From positions 10,318-74,317 of the forward strand of contig CANFLL010000007.1 of the NCBI GenBank assembly GCA_947447825.1: a stretch of DNA of 64,000 nucleotides, written 5' to 3'. The translations under genes and the position numbers were made by a program. This DNA comes from Chitinophagaceae bacterium (GTDB lineage Bacteria > Bacteroidota > Bacteroidia > Chitinophagales > Chitinophagaceae). Below, one piece after another: positions 19,445 to 29,079 of the stretch; the stretch's first letter is position 1; the number at the start of each line of letters is the position of its first letter. Under the pieces are notes generated by a model. The model made no database searches and had not been told where the DNA came from. It saw only the letters and a list, made by a program, of their open reading frames with translations.

Positions 19445-20485
19445 CTAGCGATAAGCTTTTATTGTTTGTATTGACCCATCATTATTATATTTCAGTTCAG
19501 TCACTTTTACGTTTCTTAAATGTGTTTGACCGCTAAGTTGTATGTCATGGTAAAACAAATACCACTTGTTCTTTATCTCCAAAATAGAATGATGAGTGGT
19601 CCATCCTTCTACTGGTTTCAAAATAATTCCTTGATAAACAAATGGACCATAAGGATTATCGCCAATGGCATAGTTAATTAGGTGAGTGTCGCCTGTTGAA
19701 TAAGTAAAATAATATTTTCCGTTGTATTTATACATCCAGGCAGCTTCAAAAAAACGTTTGTCATTATCTTTTTCATAAAATAAGTTGCCGGTTTTATCAA
19801 CTATTTTCACTTCTTTCGGTGCTTCATCAAATTGCTTCATGCCTTTGTTTAGCTTGGCAACCCTTGGCAAATAGGCCAATTGGTCAGGTTTGCAGAGCTT
19901 TCCTGCGGAATCATATTTGTTGTTTTTCCAGTATTGTAATTGACCACCCCAAATTCCGCCAAAATACAAGTAATAGCTACCGTCATCATCTTTAAAAACG
20001 CAGGGGTCAATGCTGTAACTACCTTTAATAGGGGTTTTTTCTGCCACAAAAGGGCCAGTAGGGCTTTTACTGGTAGCTACTCCAATTCGGAAAATATCTT
20101 TTTTATCTTTAACAGGAAAGTATAAATAATAAGTGCCTTTCACAAAAGCCGCATCAGGTGCCCATAGTTGTCTTCCTGCCCATGGAATATCTTTAATGTG
20201 AAGAGCAATGCCATTGTCGGTAACTTCTCCGCCAATAGAATCCATTGATAACACATGAAAATCCATCATATTAAAATGGTCTCCATTGTCATTTTCGGGT
20301 GTTCCTGTGGCGGTATCGTGAGATGGATAGATGTATATTTTGTGGTTAAATACGTGAGCTGACGGGTCGGCTGTATAAATGTTTGAAACCAATGGTTGAG
20401 ATATTGGCTTTAACTTTTGCGCAACAGCACTAACACACATGCCGAGTGTTATCCCTAATGCTATTTTTTTTAAAATTCTATTCAT
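19445..20485 (-). CDS. GH43 family glycoside hydrolase (arabinofuranosidase/xylosidase type, single domain)
   Basis: IYTADPSAHVF...IYIYPSHD and WAPDAAF...YYLYFPV, five-bladed-propeller GH43 motifs. Signal peptide present. Confidence 0.85.
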   Translation of the reverse strand: MNRILKKIALGITLGMCVSAVAQKLKPISQPLVSNIYTADPSAHVFNHKIYIYPSHDTATGTPENDNGDHFNMMDFHVLSMDSIGGEVTDNGIALHIKDIPWAGRQLWAPDAAFVKGTYYLYFPVKDKKDIFRIGVATSKSPTGPFVAEKTPIKGSYSIDPCVFKDDDGSYYLYFGGIWGGQLQYWKNNKYDSAGKLCKPDQLAYLPRVAKLNKGMKQFDEAPKEVKIVDKTGNLFYEKDNDKRFFEAAWMYKYNGKYYFTYSTGDTHLINYAIGDNPYGPFVYQGIILKPVEGWTTHHSILEIKNKWYLFYHDIQLSGQTHLRNVKVTELKYNNDGSIQTIKAYR

Positions 20486-20794
20486 AATTGTAAATTATTT
20501 TTTTGTCTAATTAATTTTCTCGAAATCAGTACAGCAAGTCTTACCAATAGTGTTTGCATGAATTAACAACAGATGTATTCTACAAACACTTTTTTCTATT
20601 CCCCACAAAACTTTATTTATTTAAAAAAGATTCTTTTAAAGGCAAGTTTCATTCGAGAACAAAATTATTTGGATTAGTAGTCTCGGTATAGTCACGGTTG
20701 AATAAAATGATAGCATATTTGTTTAATGCCATTATTTTTTGCGTCTTACCATCTTTTAAGTTGTTGCAAAAGCACATGTGGCACCACCGTCAAG

Positions 20795-20975
20795 GGCTTC
20801 GGCAGTTGCCGCAGCCCTTGCGGCAGCCCAGCCAATGGTTGCGGCGGTTGCCTCAGCTCTTGCGGCAACCCAGCCAATGGTTGCGGTGGTTGCCTCAGCT
20901 CTTGCGGCAACCCAGCCGATGGTTGCGGCAGTTGCCGCAGCTCTTGCGGCAACCCAGCCAAGAGCTGCGGCAACA
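20795..20975. repeat. GC-rich tandem array, ~4.3 units of 42 bp, each unit containing a ~10-bp-stem hairpin
   Basis: cttgcggca recurs at 20817, 20859, 20901 and 20943, exactly 42 bp apart. Example hairpin: agttgccgca-gctct-tgcggcaacc. The array is visibly far more GC-rich than the AT-rich flanks (estimated by eye, not counted). Confidence 0.9.
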
Positions 20976-21420
20976 CCTTTTTTGCTACAATAATATCCTT
21001 TGGGTGCGTAATGGGTAGTCTTGACCTAAAAAATAGCACATCTATGCGCTAATTCTTTTCGTCTTTAAATGTCCTTGCGCTTTCTGAATTATTAAGAGGA
21101 TACGTTTTGTTGCCTAATTACATACCCTTCATGTCGGTTATTTTATCCTTCTTTAACCTTTTTTAAACAAAAATGCTATCCTTTTATTCAACAGTGCCTA
21201 AGTATGAATCCTACTTCGGATACTTTCGCTGCCTATTTATTAACGATTACTAAAGAGATTGCTAACGTTTGCTAAGTTCTTAAAACTATTGTATGAGAAA
21301 GTTGCTGTGTGTGTTGCCAATAATGTTACCTCCATGAATAAGCGTTGTTGATTGCTTTTAAATATCCTCATAAGTAGAAATAAGTATAAAAGAGTTTTGA
21401 TTTTATTAAAAACATGGTAT

Positions 21421-24400
21421 ATGAAAAAAATGGTTGTAGGTAAAATGTTAATGATTGCTTTTTACCTTTTTATGATGTTCTTTTCTGGGAATGTCTTTGC
21501 CCAAAATGGGAGTCTTATAAAAGGTAGAATTTTAACCGCATCGGGTAAGCCTGCCGCAAATGCTTCCATCAAAATTAAAGGCACTACTCGTGGCACTACT
21601 AGTAATGATGAAGGTAATTTTTCCATTTCAGCCACCTCCAATGATGTAATTACCATTAGTAGTGTTGGTTTTGTTACCCAAGAATTTAGTATCAACAAGC
21701 GAAAAACACTCAATATTATTTTAGTGCCTTCAGTTACTGCCTTAGATGATATTGTTGTGGTAGGTTATGGTACTCAAAAAAAGAAAGACCTGACAGGTGC
21801 TGTAAGTTCTGTAAGTGCTGCTACCATTGAAAAGTCGGGCATTGTTTCGGTAGATCAAGCATTGCAAGGGAACATTGCAGGTGTTCAGATGACACAAAAT
21901 ACGGGTACGCCGGGCGGTGGGTCTTCTATTCAGATTAGAGGAATCAGCTCTATAAATTCTAATAGCGAACCTATTTACGTTATTGATGGGGTTATCATTA
22001 GCTCTGGAACCGGCAATTATGCAAATAATGCTTTTTCTGCCTTAAACCCTGCCGACATTGAAAGTATAGATGTTTTGAAAGATGCTTCTGCCACCGCCAT
22101 CTATGGTTCTCAAGCAGCAAATGGTGTAATCATCATCACCACTAAAAAAGGAAAAGTAGGTGCCCCACGATTATCAATTGGGGCTAAATATGGTGTTCAA
22201 TCGCTTAATAAATATATAGACGTGATGAATCTGCAAGATTATGCTCGTCACCAAAATGAACAATTCACACTCAATAATCGAACATTGAATGATTTATTTG
22301 CTGATCCTACAAAACTGTCTTTAGGAACTAATTGGCAAAAAGAGTTGATGCACCCTGCTGCTTTGGCAAACTATGATATGTCGGTTTCAGGGGGCAATGA
22401 TGTCACTTTATATAAAGTGGCAGGTAACTATTTAACACAAGATGGTATTGCTACAGGTTCGCACTTTGATAGGGTAAATGTATCAACCCAACTAGAAGTT
22501 AAGGTGAAAGCTTGGGCAAAAGTGGGAGGTAATTTAACCATTACCAGAACAACTCAAAAGACGACCGTTACTGATTGGAACATTATTCAAACCTCCGTTC
22601 AAACAAGTCCTGCTATTGCGGTTAGAAATTTAGATGGATCTTTTGGTGGTCCAGAAGATAATACAGTTCAATTAACAAACCCGTATGCATTATCTACATT
22701 GCTTGATAGAGGAAACACACGACTTGGAATGAGGGGGAATTTCTTTCTTGAAATTAAGCCCATCAGTGCGCTTACAATTAGGTCGGAGTTTTCTACTGAT
22801 CTAAACCAAACGTTTACTCACATATATATACCAACCTATGCGCTTGGCTCCGTAATTAATTCTCAGATAACAAATGATCAGACTCAATCTTTCTCAAACT
22901 ATTGGAGTTTTAGAAATGTTGCCACCTTATACAAACAAATTAAGGATCATACATTCTCTTTAATGGCTGGACAAGAAGTAACTCAAAGAACTTATAATTA
23001 TCTAGAAGCGCAGCGTTATGGTGGTAATAATAACCTTCATGACATAAATGCTGGGGATGCTACCTCTGCACAAAATAATGGATACACATCTAGGAATGCG
23101 TCAAGTTCATTTTTTGGAAGGGCATTTTATTCTTATAAAAGCAGGTATATGCTAACTGCTACTCTTAGAGATGATGGTTCCTCGAATTTTGCAGATGGAC
23201 ACAGATGGGGGATATTCCCGTCTGCGGCAGTAGCTTGGACATTATCTCAAGAACGTTTTATTAAAAAGATACAGCATATCTCAAATTTAAAATTAAGGTT
23301 AGGATATGGTCAGGTGGGTAATGCAAATGCAAGTCCATTCTCTTATACTGCAATGATTAATAATGTTCCATCTGTTTGGGGATCTGGAAGCATTACGGGC
23401 AATATTCCTAATCCAAATGTGACATGGGAAACAACAAACTCTTATAATGTAGGTTTAGACCTAGGCTTATTGAATGGTAGAATTGAATTTGTGGCTGATG
23501 CCTATCTTAAAAAGACCAGTAACTTATTAATGCAATTAGTGTTGCCTGGTATCACTGGTTCTCAAGGCCAAGGAGCCGCTTCTGCTCCATGGGCTAATGT
23601 GGGTTCATTGGAAAACAGAGGTTTTGAATTGGCAATAAACACAAAAAATATCAAGAAGAAGGACTTCTCTTGGTCATCTAATTTTGTATTTACGCTAAAT
23701 AAAAATAAGATACTAAAACTGAATACTGAAACAGCAGAAATTAATACTACCTATCAGTATGGCGGCACTCCCTACATTGTAACCCGTACAGTTCCTGGTA
23801 GAAGTGTTGGTGAGTTTTATGGATATAAAGTAGTTGGTAGAATTAATTCTGCAGCTGAGGTGTTTGACAAAAATGGTAATGTTAAAATAGCTGTTCCTAA
23901 AGGAGCGGTATTTAACCCGAACACTGGTGTTTGGGTGGGAGATTTTATTTATGATGATTATGCCCACAATGGATACATTGACCAAAATAGTCGTCAGTTT
24001 TTGGGAAGTCCATTACCTAAATTTACCTATGGTTTTGGCAATACGCTTACTTACAAAGATTTCGATCTGTATGTATTCTTCACGGGTTCTTATGGAAACA
24101 AAGTGCTTAATTTCTTAAATATGTATTTAGATAATCCCAATGGAACCGATAATATTTTGAGGAAAGCAGGTCGTGACTATGCTCATTTATCACTTAAAGA
24201 TCCAAGTGGTTCTAAAAGCGATATTAATAATGTATACGTTTCTTCAGGAGATGCTTCTGAGCCTAGGATGTCTATAAACGATGTGAATGGAAATGTAACT
24301 AGACTATCATCTAGGTATGTTGAAGATGGATCTTATTTGCGATTACAAACCATTAATCTCGGCTATTCACTACCTAGAAAGTACATCACTAAAGCAGGAT

Positions 24401-24594
24401 TGTCTGTAGTGAAAGTATATTTAAACATTCAAAATGTATATACTTTCACAAAGTATACAGGCTATGATCCAGAAGTTGGGATGACGAAAGACCAATATAC
24501 CAATGCTGGTCAAAATGCACTTCTAAACGGAATTGATCCTGGTCGTTACCCTACTCCAAGAAACTACACACTCGGAATAAACATTGGTTTATAA
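21421..24594 (+). CDS. SusC/RagA-family TonB-dependent outer-membrane transporter
   Basis: Signal peptide, a CarboxypepD_reg-like domain (GRILTASGKPAANASIKIKGTTRGTTSNDEGNFSI), a plug domain, a large beta-barrel and a C-terminal aromatic-rich end. Followed 20 nt later by SusD. The ATG at 21421 is preferred over the upstream TTG at 21352. Confidence 0.95.
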   Translation: MKKMVVGKMLMIAFYLFMMFFSGNVFAQNGSLIKGRILTASGKPAANASIKIKGTTRGTTSNDEGNFSISATSNDVITISSVGFVTQEFSINKRKTLNIILVPSVTALDDIVVVGYGTQKKKDLTGAVSSVSAATIEKSGIVSVDQALQGNIAGVQMTQNTGTPGGGSSIQIRGISSINSNSEPIYVIDGVIISSGTGNYANNAFSALNPADIESIDVLKDASATAIYGSQAANGVIIITTKKGKVGAPRLSIGAKYGVQSLNKYIDVMNLQDYARHQNEQFTLNNRTLNDLFADPTKLSLGTNWQKELMHPAALANYDMSVSGGNDVTLYKVAGNYLTQDGIATGSHFDRVNVSTQLEVKVKAWAKVGGNLTITRTTQKTTVTDWNIIQTSVQTSPAIAVRNLDGSFGGPEDNTVQLTNPYALSTLLDRGNTRLGMRGNFFLEIKPISALTIRSEFSTDLNQTFTHIYIPTYALGSVINSQITNDQTQSFSNYWSFRNVATLYKQIKDHTFSLMAGQEVTQRTYNYLEAQRYGGNNNLHDINAGDATSAQNNGYTSRNASSSFFGRAFYSYKSRYMLTATLRDDGSSNFADGHRWGIFPSAAVAWTLSQERFIKKIQHISNLKLRLGYGQVGNANASPFSYTAMINNVPSVWGSGSITGNIPNPNVTWETTNSYNVGLDLGLLNGRIEFVADAYLKKTSNLLMQLVLPGITGSQGQGAASAPWANVGSLENRGFELAINTKNIKKKDFSWSSNFVFTLNKNKILKLNTETAEINTTYQYGGTPYIVTRTVPGRSVGEFYGYKVVGRINSAAEVFDKNGNVKIAVPKGAVFNPNTGVWVGDFIYDDYAHNGYIDQNSRQFLGSPLPKFTYGFGNTLTYKDFDLYVFFTGSYGNKVLNFLNMYLDNPNGTDNILRKAGRDYAHLSLKDPSGSKSDINNVYVSSGDASEPRMSINDVNGNVTRLSSRYVEDGSYLRLQTINLGYSLPRKYITKAGLSVVKVYLNIQNVYTFTKYTGYDPEVGMTKDQYTNAGQNALLNGIDPGRYPTPRNYTLGINIGL

Positions 24595-24614
24595 TTTAAA
24601 TTAACTCAATAAAG

Positions 24615-26246
24615 ATGAAAAAGATAAGAACATTTATATTTATAGGAGTAGCTATTTTCTCCACTATTAGTTGTAATAAGTTTTTGGATACTAAATCTGA
24701 AAGTCAAAGAACCTTGGATAGCTACTACACTAGTTATTTGGATTGCAGAACTGCTACTGCAGGATTATATAATGTGCCATGGTACACTTTTGCTAGTCAA
24801 TTTTATTTTACCGCAGGCGACGGGCGAGGAAATAATTTATTTACACCATACAATAGTGCTGAATCTTTTGGAAGACTTACGGAAACGATTGAAACGCCCT
24901 TGTTGCCAGATGCATGGAACTCATTATATAATGTAGTTACGCAATCAGACTATGTGGTAAATAATATTGATAATGCGCTTAGTCATGGTGTAACGCAAGC
25001 CCAAGTTAATGCTTGTAGGGGAGAAGCAAGGTTTATGCGTGGACTTGCCTATTGGTACTTGGGGTCTATTTGGGGAAATGTGCCTATTGTAGAAGATCCT
25101 GTTGCCGCCTCTAAAAGCACCTTAGTAAAACCTAACCGCTTTGAGGATGTTTTGCAATATTCTATTCAAGATCTGCAATATGCGGGAAAATGGCTTCCAG
25201 AAACTGATGTGGCTGGAAGGGTTACCAAGTATAGTGCTTTAGGAATTTTATCAAGACTATATATTACAGCAGCCTGTTATGCTAGGGGAAATAGGTTTTC
25301 GAGCCGTTGGACTTTGACTGCTCAAAATTATTATGACAGTGCTTTGAATGCTGCCCAAAAGGTTTGCCAAGCCTCTAACTACAGCTTAATGAGCGATTAT
25401 GAACAATTATTCCGTGTTCAGAATAATAACAACAGCGAATCTTTGTTTGCCTTACAGTTTGTGCCTGGTTCTTCGGTTTATGGAGTGGGTAATAGAAATC
25501 AGGATTGGTTGGCCTATTCTACTACACTTACAGGCGGGTTAACTGCTTATGGTGGTAACACTTTTGCATCGGGAGAATTAGTTAACCTCATGTTTACTCG
25601 TGGAGAAACTTCACGCCAAAAAGGAACTTATTTTTATCCAGGGGCAACTTATAACTATCTAGGCACCCAAACTACTGCTGGCTCTTGGACAGTTTCTGGT
25701 GCAAATGCTGTTCGTTATCCTAACATTAAAAAGATGGTAGTGGGTAGCAAACAAGATGCAGGTGGTTTGGCCATTAATGGTAACTCTGGTTTAGCAGCTC
25801 CAATGCTTCGTTTGGCAGAAGTTTACTTACTTTATGTGGAAGCTATAATGGGTTTGCAAACAACTACCTCTGATCCTGTTGCTTTACTATATTTTAATAA
25901 AGTTCGCAACAGGGCAGGTATGCCATTTGTTACTTCTATTTCCATAGCTGATTTGTGGGATGAAAGAAGGGTAGAGCTTGCGCTTGAGGGGCAATTTTGG
26001 TATGATATGGTGCGTCGTTCCTACTGGGATCAGGATTGGGTGCTTAATTATATGAATAACCAGCATCGTTCACAATATTACTACTATTTAAGTGGTACTG
26101 CGCCAACTGGATTTGCTTGGAGAACACAAACAGATGGTCAACAGCAAAATGTGGCAACAGCTAGTAGATTATTGTTGCCTTATCCTGCCACTGAACTTGT
26201 TTTAAATCCTAGTTTGGATTCCACAGCAGTTCCTTTTCATTTTTAA
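24615..26246 (+). CDS. SusD/RagB-family nutrient-binding outer-membrane lipoprotein
   Basis: Lipobox (FSTISCNK) and the size, TPR-like helical pattern and position immediately after SusC. Confidence 0.92.
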   Translation: MKKIRTFIFIGVAIFSTISCNKFLDTKSESQRTLDSYYTSYLDCRTATAGLYNVPWYTFASQFYFTAGDGRGNNLFTPYNSAESFGRLTETIETPLLPDAWNSLYNVVTQSDYVVNNIDNALSHGVTQAQVNACRGEARFMRGLAYWYLGSIWGNVPIVEDPVAASKSTLVKPNRFEDVLQYSIQDLQYAGKWLPETDVAGRVTKYSALGILSRLYITAACYARGNRFSSRWTLTAQNYYDSALNAAQKVCQASNYSLMSDYEQLFRVQNNNNSESLFALQFVPGSSVYGVGNRNQDWLAYSTTLTGGLTAYGGNTFASGELVNLMFTRGETSRQKGTYFYPGATYNYLGTQTTAGSWTVSGANAVRYPNIKKMVVGSKQDAGGLAINGNSGLAAPMLRLAEVYLLYVEAIMGLQTTTSDPVALLYFNKVRNRAGMPFVTSISIADLWDERRVELALEGQFWYDMVRRSYWDQDWVLNYMNNQHRSQYYYYLSGTAPTGFAWRTQTDGQQQNVATASRLLLPYPATELVLNPSLDSTAVPFHF

Positions 26247-26275
26247 TCATCTTCTTCAATTTCAAAAATAATTTT

Positions 26276-27598
26276 ATGAAATTTTTCAATAAAGTTTGTT
26301 TGTTTTCTTGCATACTAATATTCACTTGTTTTTTATTAACCATAGGAACATCTTGCAATAAAAATTCTTCTGCTAATAATGTAATTATAGATAGTGTAAC
26401 CCTTTTTGGTGTAGGAAAGCCAACTACTGCTATAAAATCTGTTTCTTTAAACACGCTTGTAAGGGTTGCGGGGTCCGGTTTTTCAGCAGCAAAAGCTATC
26501 TATTGCAATGGGACTTCAATTAGTATAAATCCGGTTTATGTATCAAACAACAATATCATCTTGCAAATACCTTCCAGTTTACCTTTTGGTACTGCCGTTG
26601 ATTCTGCAGATAGAAACACCATTCGTATTGTGACATCTTCTGGTAGTTATGTTTATCATTTCCCTATTTTAGGGCCAGCCCCAGTAATTACAGGAGTGTC
26701 GCATACTTTACCAAAAGTGGGTGAGCCTATCACCATTTATGGAACCAATCTTAGAGATATTGATACGTTGACGCTGCCAGGTAATATTTCTGTAAGTATT
26801 TCGCAACTTCAAATAAGTAGCGATTACAAATCTGTTAAGCTTACCGTTCCTCAAGGAGGTACAAAATACCCAGGTACAATTTACATTCATTCTGCCAATG
26901 GAAAAGCTTACTCTCCTAATTACATGAACCGCTATAATTGTGTGTTCATTCAAAGTTTTGTTAGTGATACGGCTGTAACCGGTGGCACAGGCGATTGTTT
27001 TCAAAGGGTATATAATTATGGTAGTAATATTACACAGAATCAAACTTCGTTATTGCCAGCAAGTGGCGGTGGAAACACTAATCCTGCCACTTACAGACAA
27101 GTGCCAAGTACTAGTAATCTAGGTAATGTTGGTGTTGACTCTACAGTAGGTGGGTTTTATTTCAGAACCTGTTCAATGGTTAATTCCTTGTTGAATAGTT
27201 CAAATGGATTGGTAAGTGCCACAACGTCTTGCGATAATTTAGCCTTACAATTCGATTATTTTGTTCCCTTCACTTGGCAATCTGGCTACATGAAGTTTGA
27301 GTTTATAGGCTACAATTCTTCTTTAAGAGTCAATTTTGCACCATGGGCATCCACAGGTAGTTCCGTGCCATTGAGTATGACCGGATGGCAAACGGCAAAC
27401 ATTCCATTGAGTTCTTTTTCTGCCTTGAAGGGAAAAACTTTTCAATCATTAATTGATATGGCACCAACACAAGGAGGTGACTTCTTGTTTGTTAACAGTG
27501 CTTACACTTACACTTCATCTGGAACAGTATTCCCAGCATCAACCATTCAAAACTTTCAGATGTCATTTGGTAACTTCCGTATTGTGCCACTGAAATAA
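26276..27598 (+). CDS. Surface glycan-binding lipoprotein with IPT/TIG-like domains (SusE/F-position SGBP)
   Basis: Lipobox (IGTSC), two IPT/TIG-like segments (...VRVAGSGF...; ...GEPITIYGTNL...), and the third position after SusC/SusD. Confidence 0.7.
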   Translation: MKFFNKVCLFSCILIFTCFLLTIGTSCNKNSSANNVIIDSVTLFGVGKPTTAIKSVSLNTLVRVAGSGFSAAKAIYCNGTSISINPVYVSNNNIILQIPSSLPFGTAVDSADRNTIRIVTSSGSYVYHFPILGPAPVITGVSHTLPKVGEPITIYGTNLRDIDTLTLPGNISVSISQLQISSDYKSVKLTVPQGGTKYPGTIYIHSANGKAYSPNYMNRYNCVFIQSFVSDTAVTGGTGDCFQRVYNYGSNITQNQTSLLPASGGGNTNPATYRQVPSTSNLGNVGVDSTVGGFYFRTCSMVNSLLNSSNGLVSATTSCDNLALQFDYFVPFTWQSGYMKFEFIGYNSSLRVNFAPWASTGSSVPLSMTGWQTANIPLSSFSALKGKTFQSLIDMAPTQGGDFLFVNSAYTYTSSGTVFPASTIQNFQMSFGNFRIVPLK

Positions 27599-27619
27599 TT
27601 TGTTCTGTTTTATCGCTAT

Positions 27620-27662
27620 TTAACAAGGAAGGCTTCGCTGTAAGCGACGCCTTCCTTGTTAA
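27620..27662 (+). promoter_or_regulatory. Strong intra-operon hairpin (19-bp stem, 1 mismatch) between the SGBP and GH30 genes
   Basis: ttaacaaggaaggcttcgc-tgtaa-gcgacgccttccttgttaa. No downstream T-tract. Ends 17 nt before the GH30 start. Confidence 0.6.
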
Positions 27663-27678
27663 ATAAAATCAGTTTATT

Positions 27679-28932
27679 GTGATTAGGTTAATTTTTGGTG
27701 TAGTTGTTTCAATACTGTTGTCTTTGGCTTGTTCCAAAACGAATAATAATACTAATCCTATTATTGTGCCTGTTGATACCTTCATTCCTGTTGCATCCAT
27801 TTATTTGGATGCTAATGAACAAACAGTTAATGGCTTTGGTGGTGCCACTGCTTTTCAACCCAATTTAGCTGATGCAGATGTCGCAACCCTTTTTGGTAAT
27901 CAAAATGATAGCCAATTAGGCTTATCCATTCTGCGTATAAGAATTGCTCCCTCAGATTCCACTAAATGGAAAACCGAACTTTCAAATGCACTAAGGGCAA
28001 AGACGTTTGGTGCTATTGTAATGGCTTCTCCTTGGACTCCTCCTGCCTACATGAAAACAAACAATAACTTAATTGGAGGAAGACTGAACCCAAAATACTA
28101 TTCGTCTTATGCTACTTACTTAAATGGATTTACTGATTATATGAAAAGAAATGGCGCTGAGTTATATGCTGTTTCTATTCAAAATGAACCCGACTGGAAT
28201 GCCACTTATGAATCATGCTTTTGGTCTGCCAACGAAATGACAAACTTTATAAATGGTAATACCTTCAATCTGGGAAACACCAAACTATTGGCTGCTGAGA
28301 GTTATTATTTCAAACAATCTTACACTGATTCCATCCTCAATGATTCATTGGCCGCATCTAAGTTGGGTATCATTGGTGGGCATATTTATGGTGGAGGATT
28401 AGCGTACTATTTCAATGCCCAATACAAAGGAAAAGATGTTTGGATGACCGAACACTTGGATACTGCCACCAATTGGAATGCGGTGATGGGTACTGCCAAA
28501 GAAATTTATAATTGTTTGGCATTGGCAAAATACAATGCCTATATCTGGTGGTATCTAAAAAGATATTATGGACCAATCGATGAATCTGGAAATATTACCA
28601 AGCGTGGGTATGTGATGGCACAGTTCTCAAAATATATTCGCCCAGGCTACAAAAGGGTTAATGTGAGTAGCCCTTATTCAAAAGTGTTAATTAGTGCTTA
28701 TAAGGGTAATGCAAATAAGGTTGTTTTGGTAGCCATCAATACGTCTGATAGTGCTAAAACGACCAGATTTGTTTTTAATAAGAATTCAATTGGGAGCTTT
28801 CCTTCTAGGTTTTCAACACGTATTACTTCTGCTACCCAAAATCTTGAAGTTTCAAATAGTGTAATTGTTGTTGATAGCGGCTTCAATTATGTGCTTCCAC
28901 CTTCATCAATTGTCACTTTTTCATCCAATTAG
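27679..28932 (+). CDS. GH30 glycoside hydrolase, probably a glucuronoxylanase (GH30_8-like), lipoprotein
   Basis: VNGFGG, YAVSIQNEPDW (acid/base Glu) and DVWMTEH (nucleophile Glu). About 417 aa. Lipobox LSLACS. GTG start. Confidence 0.8.
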   Translation: MIRLIFGVVVSILLSLACSKTNNNTNPIIVPVDTFIPVASIYLDANEQTVNGFGGATAFQPNLADADVATLFGNQNDSQLGLSILRIRIAPSDSTKWKTELSNALRAKTFGAIVMASPWTPPAYMKTNNNLIGGRLNPKYYSSYATYLNGFTDYMKRNGAELYAVSIQNEPDWNATYESCFWSANEMTNFINGNTFNLGNTKLLAAESYYFKQSYTDSILNDSLAASKLGIIGGHIYGGGLAYYFNAQYKGKDVWMTEHLDTATNWNAVMGTAKEIYNCLALAKYNAYIWWYLKRYYGPIDESGNITKRGYVMAQFSKYIRPGYKRVNVSSPYSKVLISAYKGNANKVVLVAINTSDSAKTTRFVFNKNSIGSFPSRFSTRITSATQNLEVSNSVIVVDSGFNYVLPPSSIVTFSSN

Positions 28933-29079
28933 TAAAGTTGAATGAAACATAAAAAGAAATTGAAATACTAAAATTAATGTAGGCTGTTTTTGAAGGGCCA
29001 CAGTTATTATTGGGGGTTTCTTATGATGGTTTATTGAAAGGCTTAAATAAATGGGGGGATAATTTTTTAATTTGAAGAA

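Noticed and set aside
20698-21052. Four overlapping ORFs (three plus-strand frames and one minus-strand frame) encoding Ala/Pro/Gln/Cys-rich 14-aa repeats.
   Set aside because: All are generated by the GC-rich 42-bp array. Four frames being open simultaneously is the signature of a stop-free DNA repeat, not of a gene.
21352-21420. N-terminal extensions from upstream alternative starts: SusC TTG at 21352, GH43 TTG at 32513, MATE at 57875, DnaK at 7293 and SHOCT at 1786.
   Set aside because: In each case, an internal ATG gives the canonical family N-terminus or a proper signal peptide. For the MATE gene it also removes an overlap with coaE.
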